Shown here in pieces: positions 1-9,385 of a stretch of DNA of 64,000 nucleotides. The position numbers and the translations under genes are program-made. Within the stretch, counting starts at the first letter, position 1; every line of letters starts with the position of its first letter. Origin of the DNA: Planctomycetota bacterium (GTDB lineage Bacteria > Planctomycetota > UBA1135 > UBA2386); the NCBI GenBank assembly GCA_046290465.1, contig JBKAGP010000001.1:1664001-1728000 (forward strand), written 5' to 3'. The notes beneath the pieces are model-generated. The model did not search any database, was not told the origin of the DNA, and was given only the letters and a program-made list of their open reading frames with translations.

Positions 1-1520
1 ACCGCCCGGCCCATCGACGCCAGGTAGCTGTTCTCGAGGTGCGCTGCGGCCTCGCGCGCGTCGACCTCTGCCAGCCGCTCGGCGACGCCTTCGCCGCCCT
101 GCGCCTCGATCGTCTGCCGTTCCTGCGTGAACTTCTGCTCGAGCTCCTCGGAGCGCGGGAAGTAGGCGAGTGCCCAGACGATGATCGTCGCGACGAAGAT
201 CACCGTGCCGGCGGTCTTCAAAAAGCCCTTGACCGCGAACCAGGTGTGCATGCCGACGAGCTTGAGCCGCGGCCGCTGGTAGACCGGCAGCTCCATCGCG
301 AGCATCGACTCGCCGCCCTTGAGCGCCGTGCGGCGCAACACCAGCGCCACCAGGATCGCGGTGACGATGCCGACCGCATAGAGCGCGAACAGCATCAGGC
401 CGGCCTGCATCGACGGGAAGAACGCGGCCAGCAGCACCACGTAGACCGGCAGCCGCGCCGAACACGACATCAGCGGCGCGACCGCGATGGTCGCCAGGCG
501 GTCGCGTTCGTCGCCGAGGATGCGGCTGGCGGCGATGCCCGGGATCGCGCACGCAAAGCTGCTCGCCAGCGGGATGAAGCTCTTGCCGGACAGGCCGAAG
601 CCGCGCAGCAGACGGTCGAGCAGGAACACCGCGCGGGCCATGTAGCCGGTCGCCTCGATGATCGTCACGAACGCGATCAACAGCGCGATCTGCGGCACGA
701 AGATCAGCGAGCTGCCGACGCCGTTGATGATGCCGTCGACCAGGAAGCTGCGCACCACGCCCTCGGACGTGATCGCCTCGGCACCCGATGTCACCCAGTC
801 CTGCGCCGCCTCGATCCAGCCCATGAACGGATCGGCGACCGTGAACACCAGCTGGAACATCACCAGCACCACGCCGACCAGCACCACCGGCCCGAACAGC
901 GGGTGCAGCAGCAGCCGGTCGAGGCGGTCCGTGCGCGAACGCGCGATCGTGCGCCGCAGCTCGGTGCCGTGCTGCACCGGTTCGCCGGCCGACGCCGACG
1001 ACACCAGCGGCGCGGTCGCGAGCCGTTCGCGCAGCACGTCGCAGCCCTTGCCGCTGGCGCCGTCGACGACCAGCAGCGGCAGGCCGATCGCACGCTCGAG
1101 CTGGTCGGCGTCGATCGGGAAGCCCTCGGCGAGTGCGACATCGACCTTGGTGACGGCGACGACGATCGGCAGGCCCAGCGTGCGCAGCTGCTGCAGCAGC
1201 TGCAGTTCGATCGCGAGCTTGGCCGCGTCGAGCACGAAGCAGATCAGGTCGGGCCGCCGGGTCGGATCCCGCAGCTGGTCGATCGCGACCTGCTCGTCCC
1301 GGCTGTGCGGCTCCAGCGACGACACGCCGGGCAGGTCGACGACCTGCAGCTCGACCTCCCCTACCGTGGTCGACGACTCGATCGACTCGACCGACGTGCC
1401 GGGGAAGTTGACGGGCCGCTGCAGGCTGCCCGTCAGGTGCATCAGCAGCGAGGTCTTGCCGGAGTTGGCGCGGCCGAACAGGACGACGCGGCGGGCGCCG
1501 ACGCTCGCGGCGGCGCTCAC
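1..1520 (-). CDS. feoB: Ferrous iron transporter FeoB (3' end runs off the window)
   Basis: Not in the ORF track; translated by hand. GTG at 1520 overlaps the feoA stop (GTGA). Motifs: G1 GRANSGKT, G2 VNFPGTSVE, G3 DLPG, G4 TKVD, then membrane motifs EATGYMARAVFLLD, GKSFIPL..SFACAIP, PLMSCSARLPVY and MELPVY. Confidence 0.95.
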   Translation of the reverse strand, partial: MSAAASVGARRVVLFGRANSGKTSLLMHLTGSLQRPVNFPGTSVESIESSTTVGEVELQVVDLPGVSSLEPHSRDEQVAIDQLRDPTRRPDLICFVLDAAKLAIELQLLQQLRTLGLPIVVAVTKVDVALAEGFPIDADQLERAIGLPLLVVDGASGKGCDVLRERLATAPLVSSASAGEPVQHGTELRRTIARSRTDRLDRLLLHPLFGPVVLVGVVLVMFQLVFTVADPFMGWIEAAQDWVTSGAEAITSEGVVRSFLVDGIINGVGSSLIFVPQIALLIAFVTIIEATGYMARAVFLLDRLLRGFGLSGKSFIPLASSFACAIPGIAASRILGDERDRLATIAVAPLMSCSARLPVYVVLLAAFFPSMQAGLMLFALYAVGIVTAILVALVLRRTALKGGESMLAMELPVYQRPRLKLVGMHTWFAVKGFLKTAGTVIFVATIIVWALAYFPRSEELEQKFTQERQTIEAQGGEGVAERLAEVDAREAAAHLENSYLASMGRA

Positions 1521-1807
1521 TCAGCCGTCTCCGCGCACGGCGTCACCCGCACGCGCGCCGCCTCGGAGCGACGCAGCGCGAGGCGGTAGCCCTGCACGCG
1601 GAACAGCAACGGGTCTCCCAACGGCGCGGTCGTGATCCGCTCGATCACCACGCCCGGCCAGATCCCGGCCGCGGCCAGCCGCGCGCTGAGCGCGTCGTCG
1701 CCGTCGATTCCGAGCACCCGGACCGGCTTCGTGGCGACGCCATCCAGGCTCTGCACGGCGGACGGCGACGCGGTCGCGAGATGGCAATCGACGGAGCTGG
1801 CGGTCAC
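1517..1807 (-). CDS. feoA: FeoA SH3-like protein
   Basis: RLAAAGIWPG...APLGDPLLFRVQGYRLALRRSEA is the FeoA signature; directly upstream of and overlapping feoB. Confidence 0.92.
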   Translation of the reverse strand: MTASSVDCHLATASPSAVQSLDGVATKPVRVLGIDGDDALSARLAAAGIWPGVVIERITTAPLGDPLLFRVQGYRLALRRSEAARVRVTPCAETAE

Positions 1808-1850
1808 TGGCGAACGGCTGGGAGGACGGAACGGCGGATCGAAGGGTCAG

Positions 1851-1867
1851 TTGAGACAGAGTCTCAA
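1851..1867. promoter_or_regulatory. Palindromic operator TTGAGAC-AGA-GTCTCAA, probable Fur-family iron box
   Basis: Perfect 7-3-7 AT-rich inverted repeat in a very GC-rich background, about 45 bp upstream of the feoA start. Resembles TTGAnAnnnnnTnTCAA Fur-type boxes. Confidence 0.65.
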
Positions 1868-1967
1868 GTGCAGCATTGTCGATCGAGCCGACGAGGAATG
1901 CAAGTGGGCTGTCCGGCGATCGGCGAGACCGTTGCCATGGGCCGCCAGATCCCGACACTCGCCCGCC

Positions 1968-4055
1968 ATGCAGCCGACCGCACACACCACCACCGTCAAG
2001 ATCGCTGGCACCGAGGTCTCGTTCGAGACCGGCCGGATCGCCCGCCAGGCTTCGGGCGCGGTGCTGGCCCGCTGCGGCGACAACGTCGTGCTCGCGACGG
2101 TCACCGCGGCCTCCCAACCCAAGCCCGGACAGGACTTCTTCCCCCTGACGGTCGAGTACCGCGAGAAGTTCGCCGGCGCCGGCAAGATCCCCGGCGCGTT
2201 CGGCAAGCGCGAGGGCCGCATCACCGACCACGAGGTGCTGGTCTGCCGGCTGATCGACCGCAGCGTGCGTTCGCTGTTCCCCGAGCACTACAAGAACGAC
2301 GTGCAGCTGCAGGTGCAGGTGCTCAGCTGCGAGCCGACCAGCGACCTCGAGAGCCTGGCGATCCTCGCCGCCTGCTGCGCGCTGCACATCAGCCCGGTGC
2401 CGTGCAACGGCCCGATCGCCGGCCTGCGCGTCTGGCGCCTCGACGACACCTGGCAGGCGTTCGTCGGCCGCGACAAGGCGCAGGAGGCCGACCTCGAGTT
2501 CTCGGTCGCGGTCGGCCCCGAGGGGCTGGTGATGCTCGAGGGCGAGGCCAAGGAGGCCAGCGAAGCGGACGCGGTCGCGGCGATCGCGCAGGCGACCGAG
2601 TGGATCGAACGCTGCCACAAGGCGTTCGACGAGCTGGCCGCCAAGACCGGCCGGGTCAAGCAGCCCGCGCCCGACGCGCCCGAGCTGCCCGACCTGCCGG
2701 CCGACACCGACGCGGCTTTGAAGCAGGCGCTGCAGATCCAGAGCAAGCCCGAACGCCGCGCCGCGATCGCCGCGGCCGAGGCGGCGTGGCTCGACACGCT
2801 CGACGACGACGGCAAGGCGATGGCGAAGCAGGCCTACGGCGACGCGGTCTGGGAGCAGATGCGCGAGAACGTGCTGGCCACCGGCAAGCGCCTCGATGGC
2901 CGCGGCAAGACCGACATCCGCACGATCTGGAGCGAGGTCGGGCTGTTGCCGCGCGCACACGGCTCGGCGCTGTTCACGCGCGGTGAGACGCAGGCGATCG
3001 TGACCTGCACGCTCGGCAGCCCGGACGACGCGCTGCGCATGGGCAACCTCGCCGACGACAACGACCGCAAGCCGTTCTTCCTGCACTACAACTTCCCGCC
3101 ATACTCGGTCGGTGAGATCCGGCCGCTGCGCGGTCCGGGCCGCCGCGAGATCGGCCACGGCTCGCTGGCGCGCCGCGGCCTGCAGCCGCTGATCCCCGAC
3201 CAGTCGAAGTTCCCGTTCACGATCCGGATCGAGTCGGAGATCACCGAGTCGAACGGCAGTTCGTCGATGGCGACAGTGTGCGGCGGCTCGATGGCGATGA
3301 TGCACGCCGGCGTGCCGATCGAACGGCCGCTGGCCGGCATCGCGATGGGCCTGATCTCCGACGGCACGCGGCACGCGGTGCTCAGCGACATCATCGGCGA
3401 CGAGGACCACCTCGGCGACATGGACTTCAAGGTGGTCGGCACCAGGGACGGCATCACCGCGATCCAGCTCGACAACAAGCTCGGCGGCCTGCCCGACGAA
3501 GTGCTCGGGCAGGCGCTGTCGCAGGCGCGCGAGGGCCGCCTGCACATCCTGGACGAGATGGCCCGCACCATCGCCGAGCCCGGCGAACCGTCGCGGCACG
3601 TGCCGCAGGCGTTCCATCTGGCAATCATGCCGGACGCGGTCGGCGCGCTGATCGGGCCGCGCGGCGCCAACATCAAGGGCATCACCGAAGCCACCGGTGC
3701 GCGCGTCAGCGTCGACGACCACGGCGGCGTGCTGATCTACGCGACCGACGCGACCAGCGCGACCCGCGCCAAGGCGATGGTGCAGCGTTCGGCCGGCATC
3801 CTGCACGTCGGCAAGTGCTACCGCGGCACCGTCACCGGCGTGAAGGACTTCGGCGCGTTCGTGCGCATCAACGCGGTCAACGAAGGCCTGGTGCCGATCG
3901 AAGAACTCGACAAGGACCGCGTGCAGCGCGCCACCGACATCGCCAAGGAAGGCGACGAGATGATCGTCACGGTGCTCGGCGCCGACGATCGCGGCCGCCT
4001 GCGGCTGTCGCGGCGCCAGGCGCTCGGGGTCACCGACGCGCAGATCGAGTTCTGA
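1968..4055 (+). CDS. pnp: Polyribonucleotide nucleotidyltransferase (PNPase)
   Basis: FETGRIARQASG, FFPLTVEYRE, RLIDRSVR, FLHYNFPPYSVGE, RREIGHG, ESNGSSSMA, DEDHLGDMDFKV, KH domain (IGPRG) and S1 domain. Start taken at ATG 1968. Confidence 0.95.
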   Translation: MQPTAHTTTVKIAGTEVSFETGRIARQASGAVLARCGDNVVLATVTAASQPKPGQDFFPLTVEYREKFAGAGKIPGAFGKREGRITDHEVLVCRLIDRSVRSLFPEHYKNDVQLQVQVLSCEPTSDLESLAILAACCALHISPVPCNGPIAGLRVWRLDDTWQAFVGRDKAQEADLEFSVAVGPEGLVMLEGEAKEASEADAVAAIAQATEWIERCHKAFDELAAKTGRVKQPAPDAPELPDLPADTDAALKQALQIQSKPERRAAIAAAEAAWLDTLDDDGKAMAKQAYGDAVWEQMRENVLATGKRLDGRGKTDIRTIWSEVGLLPRAHGSALFTRGETQAIVTCTLGSPDDALRMGNLADDNDRKPFFLHYNFPPYSVGEIRPLRGPGRREIGHGSLARRGLQPLIPDQSKFPFTIRIESEITESNGSSSMATVCGGSMAMMHAGVPIERPLAGIAMGLISDGTRHAVLSDIIGDEDHLGDMDFKVVGTRDGITAIQLDNKLGGLPDEVLGQALSQAREGRLHILDEMARTIAEPGEPSRHVPQAFHLAIMPDAVGALIGPRGANIKGITEATGARVSVDDHGGVLIYATDATSATRAKAMVQRSAGILHVGKCYRGTVTGVKDFGAFVRINAVNEGLVPIEELDKDRVQRATDIAKEGDEMIVTVLGADDRGRLRLSRRQALGVTDAQIEF

Positions 4056-4135
4056 GCAGGCACGGGATCCGGGCTGCGCCAGCGTCGGCGCGGATCCGGA
4101 CTTGTGCCGATTCCCCTCCGTCCTACCTCCCGCAC

Positions 4136-4699
4136 ATGCCGCCCCTCGCCCGTCGTCTCGGCATCGCCGCTCTGTTGCTGCCTGCGCTGCTGCTCGGCTC
4201 CTGCATCAAGGAACGCCGCTACCGCGTCATGGAGGACCTCGACACCGGCACCAGCCTCGCGCCGGAGACCGGCGTCGAGATCGTCGGCGACGTCGGCGGC
4301 GAAGCGCACTTCGAGCAGTACCTGACGCTGTTCGCGCGGAGCAACCTGCAGGGCGTGCAGGGCACGCTGCTGTCGAGCGCCGACGAACCGCTGCTCGAAG
4401 AACGGCTGTTGATCCCGCTGCTCGATCCGGTGCTGGCGCGGCTGTCCGCCATCGCCAATGGCACCACGCGTATCGGCACGGCCCAACGCGTCGCGATGGG
4501 CCGCGCGATCGCAGCCGCCGAAGAACTCGGCGCCGACACGCTGCTGGCGCCGCGCGTCGAGATCGTCACCCAGAGCCTGACGTTCCTCGTGCCGCTCGGC
4601 TGGCTCTACAGCCGCGGGGTGGTCGAGGTGCGCGCCAAGGCGGTGCGGCTCGGATCCCGACCGGGAGAGACCCAGGCCGGCGACGATGACGACCGCTGA
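4136..4699 (+). CDS. Hypothetical lipoprotein
   Basis: MPPLARRLGIAALLLPALLLGS-C lipobox. The C-terminal AEELGADTLL...VEVRAKAVRL loosely resembles YbjQ/UPF0145-like folds. Confidence 0.6.
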   Translation: MPPLARRLGIAALLLPALLLGSCIKERRYRVMEDLDTGTSLAPETGVEIVGDVGGEAHFEQYLTLFARSNLQGVQGTLLSSADEPLLEERLLIPLLDPVLARLSAIANGTTRIGTAQRVAMGRAIAAAEELGADTLLAPRVEIVTQSLTFLVPLGWLYSRGVVEVRAKAVRLGSRPGETQAGDDDDR

Positions 4700-5501
4700 G
4701 GCCGACCCCCGACGGCTGCCGGCGATGCGGGCGCTGCTGGCGATCGCAGCGGCGGCGACGCTCGCAGCGTGCAGCGTGGTGCGCGGCCCCGCGATCCCGG
4801 TCTGGCACCGACTGCACGAGGCTCCGGCCGGGCCGGCGAGCGGCCTGGTCGTGATGTTGCCCGGCATCGGGGACACCGGCGAGGACTTCGTGCGCAACGA
4901 CATGGTCGCACGCATCCACGCGGTCGCCCCCCACCTCGACGTCGCCACCGTCGACGCCAACCTCGGCTACCACGTTCGCGGCATCCTGGCCGAACGCGTG
5001 CACCAGGACGTGATCCAGCCGCGGCGCGATCGCTACCGCGAGATCTGGATCGTCGGCATCTCGCTCGGAGGCCTCGGCGCCACGACCTACGCGGCGAGCT
5101 ACCCGCACGTCGTCGACGGCGTGCTGCTGCTGGCGCCGTTCCTCGGCGAAGACGACGTCGTCGACGAAGTCGCGCGGGCCGGCGGCGTGCGCTCGTGGTC
5201 GGCGCCCGAGCTCGATCGCTTCGCCAACCCGATGCGGCGCCTCACGCACCGGGCGTGGAGCTGGGCGCGCGAGGTGGCCGAAGGCACCGGCGACCAGCCG
5301 GTCGTGCTGCTGGGCTACGGCCGGCACGACCGCTACGCCCGCGCCCACGGCATGCTCGCCGAGGCGCTGCCCGCGGGCAGCGTCGCGACCGTGGACGGCG
5401 CGCACGACTGGCAGGCCTGGCGCGACCTGTTCGACGTGCTCCTGCCACTGGCGTTCGGCGAGGCGCCGTCCGATCGCGGCCGCGAGCGCTTCGCGCCGTA
5501 G
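4686..5501 (+). CDS. Alpha/beta-hydrolase lipoprotein
   Basis: Lipobox LAAC, oxyanion-hole MLPGIGD, nucleophile elbow GISLGG, C-terminal DGAHDW catalytic His. Confidence 0.8.
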   Translation: MTTAEADPRRLPAMRALLAIAAAATLAACSVVRGPAIPVWHRLHEAPAGPASGLVVMLPGIGDTGEDFVRNDMVARIHAVAPHLDVATVDANLGYHVRGILAERVHQDVIQPRRDRYREIWIVGISLGGLGATTYAASYPHVVDGVLLLAPFLGEDDVVDEVARAGGVRSWSAPELDRFANPMRRLTHRAWSWAREVAEGTGDQPVVLLGYGRHDRYARAHGMLAEALPAGSVATVDGAHDWQAWRDLFDVLLPLAFGEAPSDRGRERFAP

Positions 5502-5560
5502 ACGGCGGGCTGCACCACGCTCTGGCACCTCGGGCCCTGGTCATATCAGGCCTTGGCACC

Positions 5561-8500
5561 TCAGCGTTCGGCGACGACGCGCACGGCCGAGGCGTGCTCG
5601 CCCGGCGCGACGACCACATCTTCCAGCCGGATGCGCTGCGCGTGCAGCGCCGGTTGGCCGTGGCGCCGCTGGTACTCGAGTCGCGCGCCCCGCTCGGCAA
5701 GCTGCGACGGCCAGACGAAGATCGGCCAGGTGCCGGCGACGAACGGGTCGAGGCGCAGCCGGCCGTCGGCGTCGGTGCGCCCGAACGTCTGCCACGCGGC
5801 TCTACCGAACAGCACGTCCCGATCGGCCAGCGCTTCGCCGCCGGGGCCGCGCAGCTGCAGCTCCAGCGACGCCGTCTGCAGCTGCAGGTCGACGGTTCGC
5901 CGTCCGGGTCCCGCGATCCGGACCACGGTCTGCAGCTGCTGCCCCGCGCCCGCAGCCGGCTGCGTCGAGATCACCAGCAGCAGATCGCCGGGCAACGTCG
6001 TCAACTCGAACCGCCCCTGGTCGTCGGCCGTGCCCATCGACTGGCTGGTCACCAGCCGGCCGACCGCGTCGCGGTCGTGCGTGCCCATCGCGTTGACGAA
6101 CGCGTGTGGAGCCAGCGCGCCGTCGACGTGCACCTGCAGTTCGATCGTCGCCGGATCCATCGCGGAAACGTCGAACGCCCGTTCGATCGTCGCCCCCTCG
6201 TCGACCACGAGTTCGGCGAGCACCCGATCCGCGAAGCCGTCGAAGTGGAGCTGCCAGGTCCCCGGCTCGAGCGCGAACTCGAAGGCGCCCCGTTCGTCGA
6301 AGCGCAGCGGTGGCCGCGTCACCGGCGGATGTTCGATGCTGCCACGCGTGAGGCGCAGGCCGAGGTCGCGCGAGCCCCGACGCGCCGCACGCGCGTCGAT
6401 CATCGCGCGCAGCCGCTGCACGACGTCGATCGGCACCAGCCGTCCACGCACGAGGCCACCGGGCGACACGTCGACGACCAGGTCCCCGTCCCCGCGCAGG
6501 TCGATCGGTCGCGCCTGGTCCGGAACCCCATCGCCCGCGACCACCAGCGCCAGCGGCCCTGGTGGACCTTCGAGCCACAGCGCGCCCTGTTCGTCCGACA
6601 CGCCGCGCTGCACCAGGCGCGCGTCCTCCCGGCCCGAGGCCCGCCGCGCGCGCATCGGCCACCGCTCGCCGCCGGGCGTGACGGTGAGCCCGCCACGGTC
6701 GGCCAGGTCGCAACGCGCCCCGGCCAACGGCCGGCCGCCGACCTGCAAGAGCACGCGCCGGCGCGCGGCCGGCACGACGCGGACGACCTGCTCGACGTCC
6801 GCCCCCTCGACCGCCGCCACCGGCAGCACCGAGGACCAGCGCACCGGCTCGCCGGGCACCTCGACGCAGACGAGGCGATCCTGCTGCCGCAGGCGCAGCG
6901 TGACCACGCCGTTCTCGTGGCGGGCCGTGTCGATCCTGGGGCCGAACGGCCAGCCGACCTCCGGGCACAGCCAGACCGCGAACCGCTCGATCGGTGCCCC
7001 CCGTTGGTCGACGACGCGCAGCGTCAGGCCGGGCTCGCGCACCATCGTCAGCCGGACCGGGCTGGCCGGATCGCCGTCCCAATCGGCCTGGGCGCGCCGC
7101 CAGCCGTCGAGGTCGGCGACCACGACGTAGCGACCGTCGGTCTGTTCGGCGAGACCTCGCACCTCGAAGCGGCCGTCGGCGCTGGTGCGCGCGTTCGCGC
7201 CGCCGAGCGAGACCGTGGCGCCGGCGACCGGCGCGCCGACGGGATCGACGACGATGCCGCGGCACACGGGCGAAAGTGGCGCAACGACGACCTCGAGCGT
7301 GCAGACCTGCTGCCCGGGTTCGATCTGCCACGAGCCGCGCGGACGCACGACCGCACGCGTGCCGTTGTCGAGCCCGAAGCGTCCGGGCGCCAGCGCCTCG
7401 CCGCCGTCGATCGTGAACGCGCCGGCCTCGTCGGCGCGGATCCGATGCGAGTAGATGCGGGAATGCGGCTCGAGCTTGCGCAGCTGGTTGCGGTTGTAGG
7501 GCTGCAGCGTCACCTCGGCGCCCGGCTGCGCGACCCCCTGCGCATCGACGATGCGACCGTGCACGATGCAGGGTACCGGCAGCAGCTGGTCGCCGAGGTC
7601 GATCCGCTCGCCCTCGACCTCGTGCCAGTCGCCTTCGACCGGCAGCCGTCCGTCGACCTGCAGCGTGACCTCGAAGCGATGGCCTTCGCGCGGGCTCGCG
7701 GCGAGTTCGAAGCGGCCGTCCGGTCCGGTCCGGACCTCGGCCTGTTCGGCCACCTTGCCACCGTCCCAATGGCGCGTGCGCAGGCGCGCCTGCACGCCCT
7801 CCAGTGGCCGCTGCTGTTCGTCGACCGCGCGACCCGAGAACGTCACGGCGGGCACCGCCTCGACCTCGGTGGGCTTCGCGGCCACCGGGACCGATTCGCG
7901 CACCAGATCGCGGTCCGGGTCGGGTTCGGCGGTCGCGACCTGAGCCGAGCCCGGCACGCCGGTGACGGCGCCTTGCGGCGCCGGCGCACGGCCGTCGTGC
8001 CAGAGCCAGACCGAGAAGGCGATCGCAGCGGCGGCGCCGCACAGGAACTTCCAGCTCATCATCATCATCCAGGTGAGGGTCAGCAGGCCGGCGGCGGCGG
8101 TCGCCGGCGCCACCGAGCCGAGGCCGAACGCGGCGACGAACGCGCCGCGCCAGTGCTCGCGCGGCGCGCGCTCGTCGAGGCTGCGGCGCAGCTGTTCGAG
8201 CCCGCGACGCAACCGGCTCTTGACGGTGGCGAGCGGCTCACCGCGCTGCGTGGCGATCTGTTGCGGCGTCTGCCCTTCGAAGTAGCGCAGCAGCAGCACC
8301 TCGCGGTACGGGTCGGCCAGCGAGCGCAGCGACGCGTGCAGACGATCGATCGCCTCGAGCCGCGCCGCCGCCGTCAGCGCCGACGGCGCCTCGTCGGGAC
8401 GGCCCGCGCCCGACGCGCGTTCCCGCCGGCGGCGCCGCGCATCCGCGGTCCGTCGCGTGCTCGCCAGGTTGCGCATGATCGTCGCCAACCAGCCGCCGAC

Positions 8501-8650
8501 CGACCGCGTCTCGACGTGGCCATGGTCGAGCGCCCGCACCGCGGTCTCCTGCACCAGGTCGTCCGCGTCCGCGGCCCCCACCAGGGCGCGCGCCAGCCCG
8601 CGCAGGGACCGGGCGTGCTCGTACAGGTCGTCGTGGGCTGGATCGTGCAT
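5561..8650 (-). CDS. ECF sigma factor fused via TM segments to repeated carboxypeptidase-regulatory-like beta domains
   Basis: Sigma2 DADDLVQET..GGWLATIMRN; sigma4 YREVLLLRYFEG..TVKSRLRRG; hydrophobic segments; repeated GR(A/I)VD..G.P..GA.V / RT.ADGRF motifs. Confidence 0.85.
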   Translation of the reverse strand: MHDPAHDDLYEHARSLRGLARALVGAADADDLVQETAVRALDHGHVETRSVGGWLATIMRNLASTRRTADARRRRRERASGAGRPDEAPSALTAAARLEAIDRLHASLRSLADPYREVLLLRYFEGQTPQQIATQRGEPLATVKSRLRRGLEQLRRSLDERAPREHWRGAFVAAFGLGSVAPATAAAGLLTLTWMMMMSWKFLCGAAAAIAFSVWLWHDGRAPAPQGAVTGVPGSAQVATAEPDPDRDLVRESVPVAAKPTEVEAVPAVTFSGRAVDEQQRPLEGVQARLRTRHWDGGKVAEQAEVRTGPDGRFELAASPREGHRFEVTLQVDGRLPVEGDWHEVEGERIDLGDQLLPVPCIVHGRIVDAQGVAQPGAEVTLQPYNRNQLRKLEPHSRIYSHRIRADEAGAFTIDGGEALAPGRFGLDNGTRAVVRPRGSWQIEPGQQVCTLEVVVAPLSPVCRGIVVDPVGAPVAGATVSLGGANARTSADGRFEVRGLAEQTDGRYVVVADLDGWRRAQADWDGDPASPVRLTMVREPGLTLRVVDQRGAPIERFAVWLCPEVGWPFGPRIDTARHENGVVTLRLRQQDRLVCVEVPGEPVRWSSVLPVAAVEGADVEQVVRVVPAARRRVLLQVGGRPLAGARCDLADRGGLTVTPGGERWPMRARRASGREDARLVQRGVSDEQGALWLEGPPGPLALVVAGDGVPDQARPIDLRGDGDLVVDVSPGGLVRGRLVPIDVVQRLRAMIDARAARRGSRDLGLRLTRGSIEHPPVTRPPLRFDERGAFEFALEPGTWQLHFDGFADRVLAELVVDEGATIERAFDVSAMDPATIELQVHVDGALAPHAFVNAMGTHDRDAVGRLVTSQSMGTADDQGRFELTTLPGDLLLVISTQPAAGAGQQLQTVVRIAGPGRRTVDLQLQTASLELQLRGPGGEALADRDVLFGRAAWQTFGRTDADGRLRLDPFVAGTWPIFVWPSQLAERGARLEYQRRHGQPALHAQRIRLEDVVVAPGEHASAVRVVAER

Positions 8651-8736
8651 CGGGATGCGGGGCTTCGCCGGGTCTGACCACACCGACGCGACTCCGGATG
8701 CAGGCCGGACAGAGTTTTTCTTCCGGGCGCTGGCGG

Positions 8737-9348
8737 CTACTCCGGTGGCCTGCCGCGCGACAGGATCACCCCGAGTCGCGCCAGCGCGCGGTGCAGCAGC
8801 ATGCGGGTGGCCGGCACGGTCTTGTCCATCTCCGCGGCGATCTGCTCGTGCGACAGGCCGAGGATCTTGGCCAGCGTGATCACCTGCGTGTAGTCGTCGG
8901 GCAGTTCGTCGAAGGCGCGCTCGAGTTCGGCCACCTCCTCACCGCGGATCGCCGCACCCGACGGCGACAGCAGCGCCCGGTAGCCCGAGTAGTAGCCGGG
9001 GTCGGTCGCCATCGGCTCGTCGCGCGCGATGTCGCGCTTCTGCGAACGCCAGTAGCGCGCGCGGTCGACGATCTTGTTCTGCGCGGTCAGGTAGAGCCAC
9101 TTCTTGAACGCCAGTTCGCCGCGCCACTCGAACCCGTCGACGTCCATCAGCACCTCGCGACAGACCGACTGCACCAGGTCCTCGCTCTGCTCGCGGGCCA
9201 GGATCGCACCACCGGCGCGCAGCCGCACGAACGCGTGCAGTTCGGGCAGGTAGCGAGACAAAAGGCCGTCGATCGCTACGCTGTCGCCTGCGGAGGCCTC
9301 CTGCACCAGTCGCCCGGTTTCGTCGCTCGGCCCGGAGTGCTCGGTCAT
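8737..9348 (-). CDS. ECF sigma-70 factor (planctomycete, Ser/Thr-kinase-associated type)
   Basis: LVQEASAGD..LLSRY, SEDLVQSV, FEWRGELAFKKWL, SPSGAA, sigma4 LPDDYTQVITL..GLSHEQIA..RMLLHRALARL. Confidence 0.88.
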   Translation of the reverse strand: MTEHSGPSDETGRLVQEASAGDSVAIDGLLSRYLPELHAFVRLRAGGAILAREQSEDLVQSVCREVLMDVDGFEWRGELAFKKWLYLTAQNKIVDRARYWRSQKRDIARDEPMATDPGYYSGYRALLSPSGAAIRGEEVAELERAFDELPDDYTQVITLAKILGLSHEQIAAEMDKTVPATRMLLHRALARLGVILSRGRPPE

Positions 9349-9385
9349 CGCCGTCGATCCTAGTCCCGTTGCGCCGCTTGTCGAG

